Notes under the pieces: generated by a model
Told to the model about the DNA's origin: nothing
The model's input: the letters and a program-made list of their open reading frames with translations, nothing else
The model's database searches: none
Program-made: the position numbers and the translations under genes
Source of the DNA: an uncultured Gemella sp.
GTDB lineage: Bacteria > Bacillota > Bacilli > Staphylococcales > Gemellaceae
Reading direction: 5' to 3'
Length of the DNA stretch: 64,000 nucleotides
Assembly: GCF_963525165.1 (NCBI RefSeq)
Contig: NZ_CAURJN010000005.1
Span: 1-64,000, forward strand
Shown here: positions 51,109 to 60,886 of the stretch, one piece after another
Layout: each line of letters begins with the position of its first letter
Position numbering within the stretch: position 1 is the stretch's first letter

Positions 51109-52632
51109 CTATTCTTCTAACATTTCTTGGGAAATTTTTCTCATTGATTCTGCAATAATTTTTCTTATTTCATCTTTAGAAATTCCTGCAGATTCTCCTT
51201 CTACATTACCGCTGTTTCTTTCAACTACAATAGATACTCCATCAAATAAGTTTGTCATTCTTCCTAAGAATAGACTACCTTTACCTACGATCATAGCACG
51301 GTTTTTATCACCTTTTGTTAAGTCATCAATTAAGAATCCTACATAAGGTACTCCTGAAGGAATGTGTCCTTGTGTTGGAGCCCAACCAGGTAAACCTTTA
51401 GCTTCGATAAATGTTTTAAGTTCTTTTTTCTCAATATCTCCACGCATTGCAGCTAATGCCGCAATCATTTTGTAGTTAGCTTCTGGAACGTTACCTGCTC
51501 CAGCAGCTTTTGTGATGTCTGGGTTTTGCATCTCTACAGAGAATACATCAACATCTGTAATTTTCAATTTAGCTTTATCTAATGGATCAGCTACTAAAGC
51601 TCCCATTACAGCTTGTGGTGAAGATCCTGTTCCTACGTTGTGTTTTCCGACCATATCAGTTCTAATGATTGGATTTACTCCATCATTTTCACTAATAAGA
51701 ACAGCAAATCCACCTAGAACATCTTCTAGAACTGGAAGACCTTTTTTAACGTGGTCTTTACCATTCATACCTAATTTAGCACTTGCTCCACCAGCAACTA
51801 CTAATACATTTTTGTATACTCCAGCTTTTACTAAAGATGAAGCACTGATTAATGCGTGAGTTGGTGCAGCACAGAAACCTCTTAAGTCAGATCCAGTAGC
51901 GTTAACTAAACCTACAACTTCTGCAATTGCTTTAGCGAAGTTACCACCACCACGCTGGTTAATATCCCCACAAGCTTCTTCAGAACATTCTACAACATAG
52001 TCAATATCAGCTGGGTTTACACCAGAATTACGTAGTAATTCTAATGCAGCAACAACTCCAGAAGCTTTAACTACTAGATTTTCGAATATAACGTGAGCAT
52101 TTAAGTTCACATCAACATCGTGAGCTTTTTTAACATAACCAACTACTTTGCCTTCATGAACTAAATCTTCGAATGATTCTTCATTATCACTTAAGTCAGA
52201 TCCTTCTAATTTTTCGAATAAAGGAGCTAGCTCTTTGAAGTTTTCCTCTATTTTAGGACGAACAGCGGCTACAAACTCTTCTGATAGTTTAACTAAGTCA
52301 AAAGCATCACAAAGTTTCATTAATGCTAAAAACTCATCTTGTGGGACAATTTGTCCAAATTTACCGTGTCGTTCACCTTTTTCATCTTTAATATCATACC
52401 AAGGCATTGGATATGTATTTAATTGTTCAGGTGTTTTATTACCAATATACACTTGGTTAGGTAAATAGTTAACCACTTCTTCATATGTACGAATATGGTT
52501 ATTTACTTCTTTTAAAAACTCTGAATCTGGATTCGTAACTCTTTCTACAGAAGCAGTCGATCCATTTCTTACTATCATATCTGGTGTATGAACAAGAATG
52601 TATCCTGCTCCCTTAAATACTGGATAATTCAT
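51109..52632 (-). CDS. grdC: Glycine reductase component C subunit beta
   Basis: VHTPDM, CSEEACGDINQRGGGNFAK, GFCAAP, PTQGHIPSG. Confidence 0.93.
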   Translation of the reverse strand: MNYPVFKGAGYILVHTPDMIVRNGSTASVERVTNPDSEFLKEVNNHIRTYEEVVNYLPNQVYIGNKTPEQLNTYPMPWYDIKDEKGERHGKFGQIVPQDEFLALMKLCDAFDLVKLSEEFVAAVRPKIEENFKELAPLFEKLEGSDLSDNEESFEDLVHEGKVVGYVKKAHDVDVNLNAHVIFENLVVKASGVVAALELLRNSGVNPADIDYVVECSEEACGDINQRGGGNFAKAIAEVVGLVNATGSDLRGFCAAPTHALISASSLVKAGVYKNVLVVAGGASAKLGMNGKDHVKKGLPVLEDVLGGFAVLISENDGVNPIIRTDMVGKHNVGTGSSPQAVMGALVADPLDKAKLKITDVDVFSVEMQNPDITKAAGAGNVPEANYKMIAALAAMRGDIEKKELKTFIEAKGLPGWAPTQGHIPSGVPYVGFLIDDLTKGDKNRAMIVGKGSLFLGRMTNLFDGVSIVVERNSGNVEGESAGISKDEIRKIIAESMRKISQEMLEE

Positions 52633-52685
52633 AGCTATATTGTGCTGAGGGTATAAACATACCCTCAGCTCCCCTTTCTTTTTTA

Positions 52686-53993
52686 TTATTCGAATACTGT
52701 TTGTCCGTCAACTTCTACAGTTAAAGCATGTAATGCTTTTTCTACAAGTCCACGTCTTAATTTTTTCTCTTCATCCGCTTCTAGTTTTGGATTTCCTAGT
52801 GGGTGAGGGATTGCGATAGTTGGAACGATTCTGTTAGCTCCAACTGTTAGAGAAATCGGTACTACTGTACACATGTGAACCACAGGTATACCCGCTCTCT
52901 CAATTTCTTTTACCATCGTTGCACCGCAACGAGTACAAGTTCCTCAAGTAGAAGTTAAGATTACAGCATCTACTCCGTCGGCTACTAATTTTTGTGCATA
53001 TTCTTTAGCGAATCCTACAGCACTAGCTACGGCAGTACCGTTACCTACTGTAGTATAGAATTTTTCATGTAAGCTTCCTACTTTACCTTCTTTAACGAAT
53101 TCTCTCATTACGTCTACAGGTAATACACGGTCAGCATCTTCGTTAGCGTATACTGGGTCGTATCCACCGTGAGCTGTTTCATGAGTTGCATCAGTTAAAT
53201 CAGTGAATCCTTCTAATGAATATTCACCATATTTAGATGCAGAAGATGATTCGATGTGGTCTGGGTTTCCTTTTGGAACAATACCACCAGAAGTAACTAA
53301 AGCGATTTTAGCTTTGCTTAAATCTTTAACAGCTGGGTTTGGCTCAACTCTGTCAAAGTTAGGCATTGGATATTCTGTTTCGAATTCTTCACCTTTAATT
53401 TTCTTAACAAGCATTTCAACAGCACGTTCTGATCCACGTTTATCGCTGAAGAAGTTAACACGGATTCCTCTTTCATGGTATCCTTCTTCTTTTGGAGAAA
53501 GGATTTCTTCACCTTTAGCTAATTTTGCTGCAAATTTAGCTAATTTTGGTAAAGCTTTTCTCATACCAGCTGCACTGTCAGCTGTTTCAAGAATATAAAC
53601 TTCTTTTCTGAACATGTCTGTTCCTGGGTTTTCTACGTACATTGCTGTTACAGCTGGAATTCCTAATTCATCTTGAACAGCTTTAGTAATTGTACCAGCT
53701 GCTACCCCGTAACGCCCTGCATTGAATGCTGGACCAGCGATGAATAATTGTGGTTCGCATCCTTTAATCATTTCTAAAAGTTCTGCTTGAACTTTTTCTA
53801 AGTTTTCGTTGAAGTAACTATCACCACAAACTACTGCAGCTACTACTTCAAATTCTTCTCCCAATTGCCCTTGTAACTGAACACTAATTGGTGGTAATTC
53901 AGTTCTTAATTCTGGTGCAATGTGGGCTTGTTCTTCTCCACCTACTCCAGCGAAGAATTGGTTTATATAATGTACTACTCTTATTTTAGACAT
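52686..53993 (-). CDS. grdB: Glycine reductase selenoprotein B (Sec at TGA 52944-52946), 435 aa
   Basis: HYINQFF, GPAFNAGRYG; LTST-U-GTCTRCGATMVKEIER joins two track ORFs in frame. Confidence 0.95.
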
Positions 53994-54030
53994 TTTTATT
54001 TCCCCCTATAACTATTATTTAGATCTTTAA

Positions 54031-54492
54031 TTACTCTCCACGAACATCTTTCATTTCGCTTGCGATTTCATCAATATCTAATACCATTTCCATCATTCCA
54101 ACTTGATCTTCATAGATAGCTTCATCTATTTGAGATTTAATTTCTTCTTCTACAATGTGATATACAGCAAGATTTAATGCTACACCTGCAAGTGGTCCTG
54201 CAAATGTTGGGTCACCTGCTGTTACTGTTTCAGCTGCTAGACCAGCAGCTTCGGCTTCAGATGCACCTAGTAAAACAACAACGTTTTCGTTACCAAATTT
54301 TTCGGCAGCTTCTTTAACACGTTTTTGGTTTTCTAAGTCCATAGCCCCTGCAGCTGTTCAGACAAAACATTCAGTAGATGAGAATACTACTTCTAATCCT
54401 TCAATTGGTTTTACACACTCTTCAATAGCTAACCCTGGGATACCATCACGGTCACCAATGATAACTACTTTTTTATTAATAAGACTTACCAT
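54031..54492 (-). CDS. grdA: Glycine reductase selenoprotein A (Sec45 at TGA 54358-54360), 153 aa
   Basis: [19 protein letters not shown]...[18 protein letters not shown]. Confidence 0.95.
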
Positions 54493-54544
54493 TATCTTAT
54501 TTCCTCCTTGTTAAAATCTATAACATTTATTTTTATTTTGCTTA

Positions 54545-55831
54545 CTAGAAAGTTTTAGTACTTAAGTAACCGAAACCTGTTTCGTTAGTAGCACCTGTAA
54601 TAGCTTGAATTTCAACTTCGATAGTTCCATCTTCTCTTAATGAGTCTTGGTTACCACCAGCGATTACATTTACTACATCGATGTGTCCGATAACTTTATC
54701 TAATTTTGGTAATACAACCACTTGGTTAGCATTTCCTCCAGTTACTACTGCATCAGCAGCTACGTCAGCATCAGCTAAACTTTGGCTGGCTCCGTCACGT
54801 CCTGCATATTCATCAGTTACGATAACTGTTTTAACTTTTTCAGCTTCAATTTTTTTACAGTTCATGATTAAGTCAGTATCTGGGTTACCGAATCCTTCTT
54901 GAGATACGATTACAGCATCTAAGTTTAAGTAACGGCAAAGTTTTGCAGTCCAGTTAGATGAACGTTCTTTATCCATTAAATAAACATTTTCGTTAGTGAT
55001 GATTACACCTAAGAAGTTAATTTCTTTACCATGTTTTTTGTATAAATCTTCAATAACACCGTTGTTTAAGTGCACATATGTTGGGTTTTTATCACATGCT
55101 GATACACAGTTACCACTTACAATTGCACCATCCATGATTTCTGTTGGATATAGAATAGTTGGTACGATTTGTTTAGCATCAACACCATATACATAAGTAT
55201 CGTGTAATAAACCTTGAGTTTGAAGCATATATACATATCCTACTTTTGGTAGATCTGGATATTCAGCAATTTGTTCCAATAAAGGTTTAGTTTCAAATAC
55301 TTCTACTTCTTCTGGTTCTAATGAACGAGCTAATTCTGCAATGTAACGAGCAGCTTTGAATCCGATATAGCGAACTGCTTTTTCGTGTTCGTGTTGTTTA
55401 ACTCCTTCTTTAGGCTCAGCAATAACGATTAAGTTATTTGTTTTAGAGAATGGAGTATAGTCAGCTCCAACTCCAGTCATGTCGATAATACCTTCTTGGA
55501 ATCCTACGATTTTACCAGTAGTTACAACAGCCATACCTTTAAGAGCAATTGTACGACCTTCACCAACAGTATCTACTTTTGAAAGGATACCTGGGAATAT
55601 TCCTCCACGACCTTCAACTTTTACACGAGGTTCAATTACATCCTTAACTGGTGTAATACGAACACTCTCACCTGGACGAGCAATTTCTAAATCAACAGAT
55701 TCAATTGCATCATCCTCGAAAACAGCTTTTACAAGCTCTTCTTTATTTACATATAATACGTTTGCCTCGATTTTTGATTCTGCAGCAAATTGTATATCTT
55801 TAATATGGATCTTTCCTAATTCAAGACGCAT
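54545..55831 (-). CDS. grdE: Glycine reductase component B proprotein
   Basis: MRLELGKIHIKD, PVKDVIEPR, SGNCVSACDKN, EGFGNPDTD. Confidence 0.93.
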   Translation of the reverse strand: MRLELGKIHIKDIQFAAESKIEANVLYVNKEELVKAVFEDDAIESVDLEIARPGESVRITPVKDVIEPRVKVEGRGGIFPGILSKVDTVGEGRTIALKGMAVVTTGKIVGFQEGIIDMTGVGADYTPFSKTNNLIVIAEPKEGVKQHEHEKAVRYIGFKAARYIAELARSLEPEEVEVFETKPLLEQIAEYPDLPKVGYVYMLQTQGLLHDTYVYGVDAKQIVPTILYPTEIMDGAIVSGNCVSACDKNPTYVHLNNGVIEDLYKKHGKEINFLGVIITNENVYLMDKERSSNWTAKLCRYLNLDAVIVSQEGFGNPDTDLIMNCKKIEAEKVKTVIVTDEYAGRDGASQSLADADVAADAVVTGGNANQVVVLPKLDKVIGHIDVVNVIAGGNQDSLREDGTIEVEIQAITGATNETGFGYLSTKTF

Positions 55832-55862
55832 ACCTAATACCTCCCCATTGAGTTTATTTTTT

Positions 55863-56180
55863 TTATAAATATTTGTTAATCATAGCTTCAATATTCGGAA
55901 CAGTAGCTTCATCTTTAGTTACTTCTTCGACTTTGCTTCCATCTTTATATATGGCTATTGTTGGTAACCCTAAAACTTTTTGTTTGATTGCAAGTCTTCT
56001 TGCTTTTGTTGTATCTAGAGCAGCAAACTTAAGTTTGTCTCCGTATTTGTCTGCTAATTCATGTACACTTGGCATAAGTGCTTTACATGGTTCGCATCCT
56101 TGGCTCCAAAAGTCTACTAACACGTATCCTTCAGCTTCCAATACTTCACTCTCAAAGTTTTCTTTGTTTAGTTCTAACAT
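55863..56180 (-). CDS. trxA: Thioredoxin (grd-associated type)
   Basis: WSQGCEPC active site, [13 protein letters not shown]. Confidence 0.9.
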   Translation of the reverse strand: MLELNKENFESEVLEAEGYVLVDFWSQGCEPCKALMPSVHELADKYGDKLKFAALDTTKARRLAIKQKVLGLPTIAIYKDGSKVEEVTKDEATVPNIEAMINKYL

Positions 56181-56213
56181 TGCCTTTGTCTCCTTTTTTT
56201 ATTTTTTTAAATT

Positions 56214-57158
56214 TTATTCAAATTTCTCAGCAATATATTTTTCTGCAGTGATTGCTGCTACAGCACCATCACATACAGCTGTTACTACTTGACGAATTTC
56301 TTTTTGACGACAGTCACCAGCTACATATACACCTTCAACATTTGTTTTAGTGTCTTCTCCAGCTTTAACATAACCACCTTCAGTAAGTTCAACTTTTCCT
56401 TCAAATAGTTTAGTTTGAGGAACATATCCAATGAAGAAGAATAATCCCATAGTTCCGTCTTCTTCGTCAGCTTCTACCACATATTCTTCACCTGTAGCTA
56501 CATTTTTCAATTTGATAGCTTCTAGAATTCCATCACCAATTGCTTCAAGAACAACTGTTTCAGTTCTAATTTCGATTTGTGGGTGATTTCTTGCTTTTTC
56601 AGCTGTAATTTTTTCACAGTGAATATCTTCTTCAAAGTGAATGATTGTTACTTTACGAGCAAATTTAGTTAAGAATAGAGCTTCTTCTACAGCACTATTT
56701 CCTCCCCCAACTACGAACACTTCAAGTCCATCGAAGAAGTCACCATCACAAGTAGCACAGTAAGAAATACCTTTACTTTCTAATTCTCTAACCCCTGGAA
56801 TATCTAATTTTCTTGGAGATGCTCCAGTTGCAATTACTACTGCTTTAGCTGTGTAATCACCACTTGTACAAGTAACTATTTTTTCGTCCCCTTCAAGATT
56901 AACATCTAGTACTTCTTCTTGTTTGAATTCAGTACCGAAGTTTTTCGCTTGTTCTGCCATTCTCGCTGTTAAACGTGGCCCAGTTGGATCTTCAATCGCA
57001 CCAGGATAGTTTTCTATCATGTGAGTGATTGCTGCTTGTCCCCCATTTTTTGATTTTTCTAGAACCAAAACATTTAATTTAGCACGAGAAGCGTATAACG
57101 CTGCTGATAAACCTGCAGGTCCAGAACCGATAATAATTACATCATAATGTCTACTCAT
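56214..57158 (-). CDS. trxB: Thioredoxin reductase
   Basis: GSGPAG, SYCATCDG, GGGNSA, AGDCR. Confidence 0.94.
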   Translation of the reverse strand: MSRHYDVIIIGSGPAGLSAALYASRAKLNVLVLEKSKNGGQAAITHMIENYPGAIEDPTGPRLTARMAEQAKNFGTEFKQEEVLDVNLEGDEKIVTCTSGDYTAKAVVIATGASPRKLDIPGVRELESKGISYCATCDGDFFDGLEVFVVGGGNSAVEEALFLTKFARKVTIIHFEEDIHCEKITAEKARNHPQIEIRTETVVLEAIGDGILEAIKLKNVATGEEYVVEADEEDGTMGLFFFIGYVPQTKLFEGKVELTEGGYVKAGEDTKTNVEGVYVAGDCRQKEIRQVVTAVCDGAVAAITAEKYIAEKFE

Positions 57159-57182
57159 AATTATTCTCCTTTATTTATTTTT

Positions 57183-57551
57183 TTATAAAATTCTTTTTAT
57201 CGCATTTAATAGTAAATCGTGATCGATAACACTGAAATCATCTTTTACTCTATCCGTCCACTGAGGAACTTCTTTATTTTTTCTAAATTTTTCAAAAGTT
57301 CCTACCGCTTCAGAAATTAAATTAATAGAAGCAACATCTAATTCAGTATTTTTTCTAATAACTACTGACCTGTAAATTGTTTCATTTGGTTTAACACTTC
57401 CATATAAAGGATGTGTTACAACTTCCCAATTTTCATGAACGTAGTCTCTAACTTTTTTTAATATATCTAAGTATTCAACTTCATGGTATTCTACTTCGAT
57501 ATCTCTAAAATTTTCTTTCAAAAATCTTGGATTATTTGTTATCAATTTCAT
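57183..57551 (-). CDS. grdX: GrdX family protein
   Basis: ITNNP, THPLYGSVKPNETIYRS; start at ATG 57551 after AGGTGG. Confidence 0.88.
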   Translation of the reverse strand: MKLITNNPRFLKENFRDIEVEYHEVEYLDILKKVRDYVHENWEVVTHPLYGSVKPNETIYRSVVIRKNTELDVASINLISEAVGTFEKFRKNKEVPQWTDRVKDDFSVIDHDLLLNAIKRIL

Positions 57552-57594
57552 AGCATCCCACCTAAAATAAAAACAACACAAAGAAAGCTAGTTA

Positions 57595-57722
57595 GCTCTC
57601 TCTCTGTTGACTTGCTTCAGAGTTCTGTCATAGTACAGTCTTTTTACCTGAGAATTTCATTAACATCCGCCAAATGTTAACTTGTACCTTCGGTGTCCAT
57701 TGTCCTCTCCCGTACTAATCAT
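57595..57722 (-). ncRNA. Glycine riboswitch, singlet (one aptamer plus 3' ghost hairpin)
   Basis: AGTAC-GGGAGAG...CACCGAAGG...TCTCAGGTAAAAAGACT-GTACT, followed by CTCTG...CAGAG. Confidence 0.85.
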
Positions 57723-57855
57723 ACAGTTATCTTTTTCATACCCTTATTTTATACTATTTCTATAAAAAATGGAAGCCCTTTTTTTATTGACTTCATACGT
57801 TATAAAAAATATATTAGTATATGTTTCTTCTGAAACTAGCATTAAATCCTCTTCA

Positions 57856-57875
57856 AAAGTGTTATATAACTATTT
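57856..57875. promoter_or_regulatory. Candidate operator identical to 15078-15097
   Basis: AAAGTGTTATATAACTATTT. Confidence 0.55.
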
Positions 57876-58114
57876 CTAAACTTAAACCACGGAAATATTT
57901 TCATTTTTTCTAGATTATAGTTTTATAAATTAAGATATCGTCCATCTTTGAAAATCCCATTGCAAAGCTTTTGAAAATAATGAAAATAACTTATCTATAA
58001 AAAAATATTAGATTTTTTCTATAAATTTTAATGCGTAGCTATCTATTTTCATTGAAATATATAAACTTTTCCGTTATACTTATCATACATCCACTTTAGA
58101 TAAGGAGATATAAT

Positions 58115-59032
58115 ATGAACAACACTCATAAAAGTTTACTATCTATCCTCGTTTGTTATTTTTCTTGGGGATTATTTCCTATATATTTTAAATTACTAAA
58201 AGAAATAGGCGCATATGAAGTTCTTGCACTGAGAATTATATGTTCTTTTGTTTTTATGATTATCATAGTAGCAATTGCAAAAAATAAAAAATCTATTTTA
58301 AATGAAATAACTACTCTCTGGAAAGATAAGAAAAGTGTCTTATTATTAGTACTAGCCTCATTTTTAATAACATTAAACTGGCTTACATATATAATAGCAG
58401 TTAACACCAATCATGTATTAGAGGCAAGTTTTGGATATTACTTAAATCCAATCGTAACAATTATATTAGCCGTAGTATTTTTAAAAGAGAAATTGACACG
58501 TACGCAAACAATAGCGTGCCTATTTGTTGGAGGTTCATTAATATACCTATTTATTTCGCTTGGATCTCTTCCCTGGATTTCTATATTATTAGCACTAAGT
58601 TTTGGACTTTACAGCTTATGTAAAAAGAAAATTGTCCTTAGTCCGAAAGCAAGCTTACTTATAGAAACAGCTATTGTTTCTCCTATCGCGCTCATTTATA
58701 TGGGATATCTTTCAACAAGTAATTCAATTACATTCTATTCTTTTGGAACAGATATACTAATCTATTCATTATTGTCTGGGGTAGTCACCGCAGTTCCTCT
58801 AATGCTATTTGCTAAAGGAGCTACAGCAATTCCACTATACATTTTAGGTATTCTCCAATACTTACCACCTACAATGCAATTCTTCATAGGAATCTTTGTA
58901 TACGGAGAAGTATTAAGCGTTCAGAAACTAATATCATTCTCAATAATTTGGGTAGCTGTAGCAGTATTCTGTTATTCTGCAGTTATTTCAATGAAAAAAC
59001 AAAACTTAATAAATGAAAGTCTTAACAAATAA
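58115..59032 (+). CDS. rarD: EamA-family transporter RarD
   Basis: WGLFPIYFK, EASFGYYLNP, SFGLY, LQYLPPT. Confidence 0.9.
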   Translation: MNNTHKSLLSILVCYFSWGLFPIYFKLLKEIGAYEVLALRIICSFVFMIIIVAIAKNKKSILNEITTLWKDKKSVLLLVLASFLITLNWLTYIIAVNTNHVLEASFGYYLNPIVTIILAVVFLKEKLTRTQTIACLFVGGSLIYLFISLGSLPWISILLALSFGLYSLCKKKIVLSPKASLLIETAIVSPIALIYMGYLSTSNSITFYSFGTDILIYSLLSGVVTAVPLMLFAKGATAIPLYILGILQYLPPTMQFFIGIFVYGEVLSVQKLISFSIIWVAVAVFCYSAVISMKKQNLINESLNK

Positions 59033-59072
59033 TAAAAAGAACTTATCCATGAAAAAATATGGATAAGTTTTT

Positions 59073-59543
59073 TTATAATATTGTCCAATTTTTATATACT
59101 TCTTTATCTAAGGTAGTTTTATCATTACTTAGTTCCTGTTGCAATTTTAAAATCAGCGGTGATGAATTCTTTATATCTAATTTTTCTAAGTCAATCCAAT
59201 ATATTCCACTAGAATCATTTAGTTCATCTTCCAACTTTTCTGAAATTACGTCTTGCCGTTCAAGGTTAACATCAACATCATAAAATACCATAATATGGTG
59301 TACGGTTCTATTAATTTCCTCTACAAAGATATCATAAGCCCTACAGTTGCTATAATCATTTATCTGATATCCTGTTTCTTCTCGAAATTCTCGAGCTAAA
59401 GTTTCTGTGAGTCCCTCATTTTCTTTTTGACTACCTCCAGGCAAGTCAAATCTATTTTTATAAGGACCTCTCACCTTTTTTATACATAAAAGTTTATTAT
59501 CTTTAATGCAAATCCCATAAATTCCAATGTGATTAATAACCAT
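59073..59543 (-). CDS. NUDIX hydrolase
   Basis: DLPGGSQKENEGLTETLAREFREETG Nudix box. Confidence 0.9.
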   Translation of the reverse strand: MVINHIGIYGICIKDNKLLCIKKVRGPYKNRFDLPGGSQKENEGLTETLAREFREETGYQINDYSNCRAYDIFVEEINRTVHHIMVFYDVDVNLERQDVISEKLEDELNDSSGIYWIDLEKLDIKNSSPLILKLQQELSNDKTTLDKEVYKNWTIL

Positions 59544-59570
59544 AATATGCCATCCTCAATTCTTCAAAAA

Positions 59571-59744
59571 GGGGCTGAGCCAAAAGTCCTAAATTTTAAC
59601 AAAGTGTATATGAGAACTCATAGACGCAGTAGTTTATTGATATCTAAATTCGCTTTATAAAAGCTTTTTAGATATCTAATAAACTGTGCGGGGGTGACTC
59701 TAAAAAATCGATTTCTCCGAAATCACGATTTTTGAGTCACTCCC
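59571..59744 (-). repeat. MITE-like dispersed repeat, copy 5 (inverted)
   Basis: GGGGCTGAGCCAAAA...TTTTGAGTCACTCCC imperfect terminal inverted repeats. Confidence 0.85.
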
Positions 59745-59753
59745 GCTTTAACC

Positions 59754-60629
59754 TTATTCTAATTCTGCTAATTTTGCTTTTAGATATGGCACTAAATCAT
59801 CTTTTAGATCAGATTTAAGTGCAAAGTCGATAGTAGTTTTAACAAATCCAATTGTTTCCCCTACATCGTAACGTTTACCTTGGAAATCATATGCATAAAC
59901 ATTTTCTTCTTCATTTAACATTTGGATAGCATCTGTTAATTGAACTTCACCACCAACACCTACTTGTTTTTTAGCTAAGTGTTTAAAGATTCCTGGGTTA
60001 AGAACATACCTTCCCATAATCGCTTGATTAGATGGCGCTGTTCCTGGAGCTGGTTTTTCTACGAATTTTTCAACTTCATATAGATGCCCATCTTGTCCTT
60101 TAGGAGCGATAACACCATATCTGTGTGTTTGATCTTCCGGAACTGTTTGAACACCAATTACAGAACATCCTGTTTCTTCTGCTTTATCAATAAGTTGTTT
60201 AATCGCAGGATATTCATCATTAATTACAACATCATCACCTAGTAATACTGCGAATGGCTCATCACCGATGAAACTACGAGCAGTTAAAATCGCATCTCCT
60301 AGTCCTGCCATTTCTTTTTGACGTACGTAGTGAATATTAGCAAGCTGCGTTGGATACTTAACTTTCTCTAACATCGCTAACTTACCTTTATTCTCTAATT
60401 CTACTTCTAACTCCACGTTTCTATCGAAGTGATCTTCAATAGCTCTTTTTTGTTTACCAGTTACAATAATTATATCTTCAATTCCAGCTTTTACCGCTTC
60501 TTCAACTATATATTGAATAGTAGGAGTATCGATAATCGGAAGCATCTCCTTAGGTAATGCTTTAGTTGCAGGAAGGAAACGTGTACCATATCCTGCAGCT
60601 GGAATAATCGCTTTTCTTACTTTTTTCAT
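59754..60629 (-). CDS. galU: UTP--glucose-1-phosphate uridylyltransferase
   Basis: [38 protein letters not shown]. Confidence 0.96.
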   Translation of the reverse strand: MKKVRKAIIPAAGYGTRFLPATKALPKEMLPIIDTPTIQYIVEEAVKAGIEDIIIVTGKQKRAIEDHFDRNVELEVELENKGKLAMLEKVKYPTQLANIHYVRQKEMAGLGDAILTARSFIGDEPFAVLLGDDVVINDEYPAIKQLIDKAEETGCSVIGVQTVPEDQTHRYGVIAPKGQDGHLYEVEKFVEKPAPGTAPSNQAIMGRYVLNPGIFKHLAKKQVGVGGEVQLTDAIQMLNEEENVYAYDFQGKRYDVGETIGFVKTTIDFALKSDLKDDLVPYLKAKLAELE

Positions 60630-60886
60630 TTATTCACCTATATTCTTTTTTAAAAATTTTACAAATTAATAATAACACATTTTTTTTATTTTGACAACTC
60701 ATTCTAGATTTTTCAAACTATATAAATAACATTTTCGATTTCGCGCTTTAGTCTATTCCCAATGAAAAAAATTGATATTATAATTTTTTAGAACTTTCAT
60801 TATTATTCTCTTGCTGTGTTTCGAACAATTTTCAAACAAAAATGAAAGGAAACTTAGGATGAAAATTCACCCCAAGTTTCCTTATT

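Noticed and set aside
52686..54492. grdA/grdB as pseudogenes or split genes
   Set aside because: The stops are TGA at conserved selenocysteine positions.
49570..58110. tRNA-Sec or sel genes near the grd operon
   Set aside because: No cloverleaf or SelA/B/D ORF seen by eye in this window.
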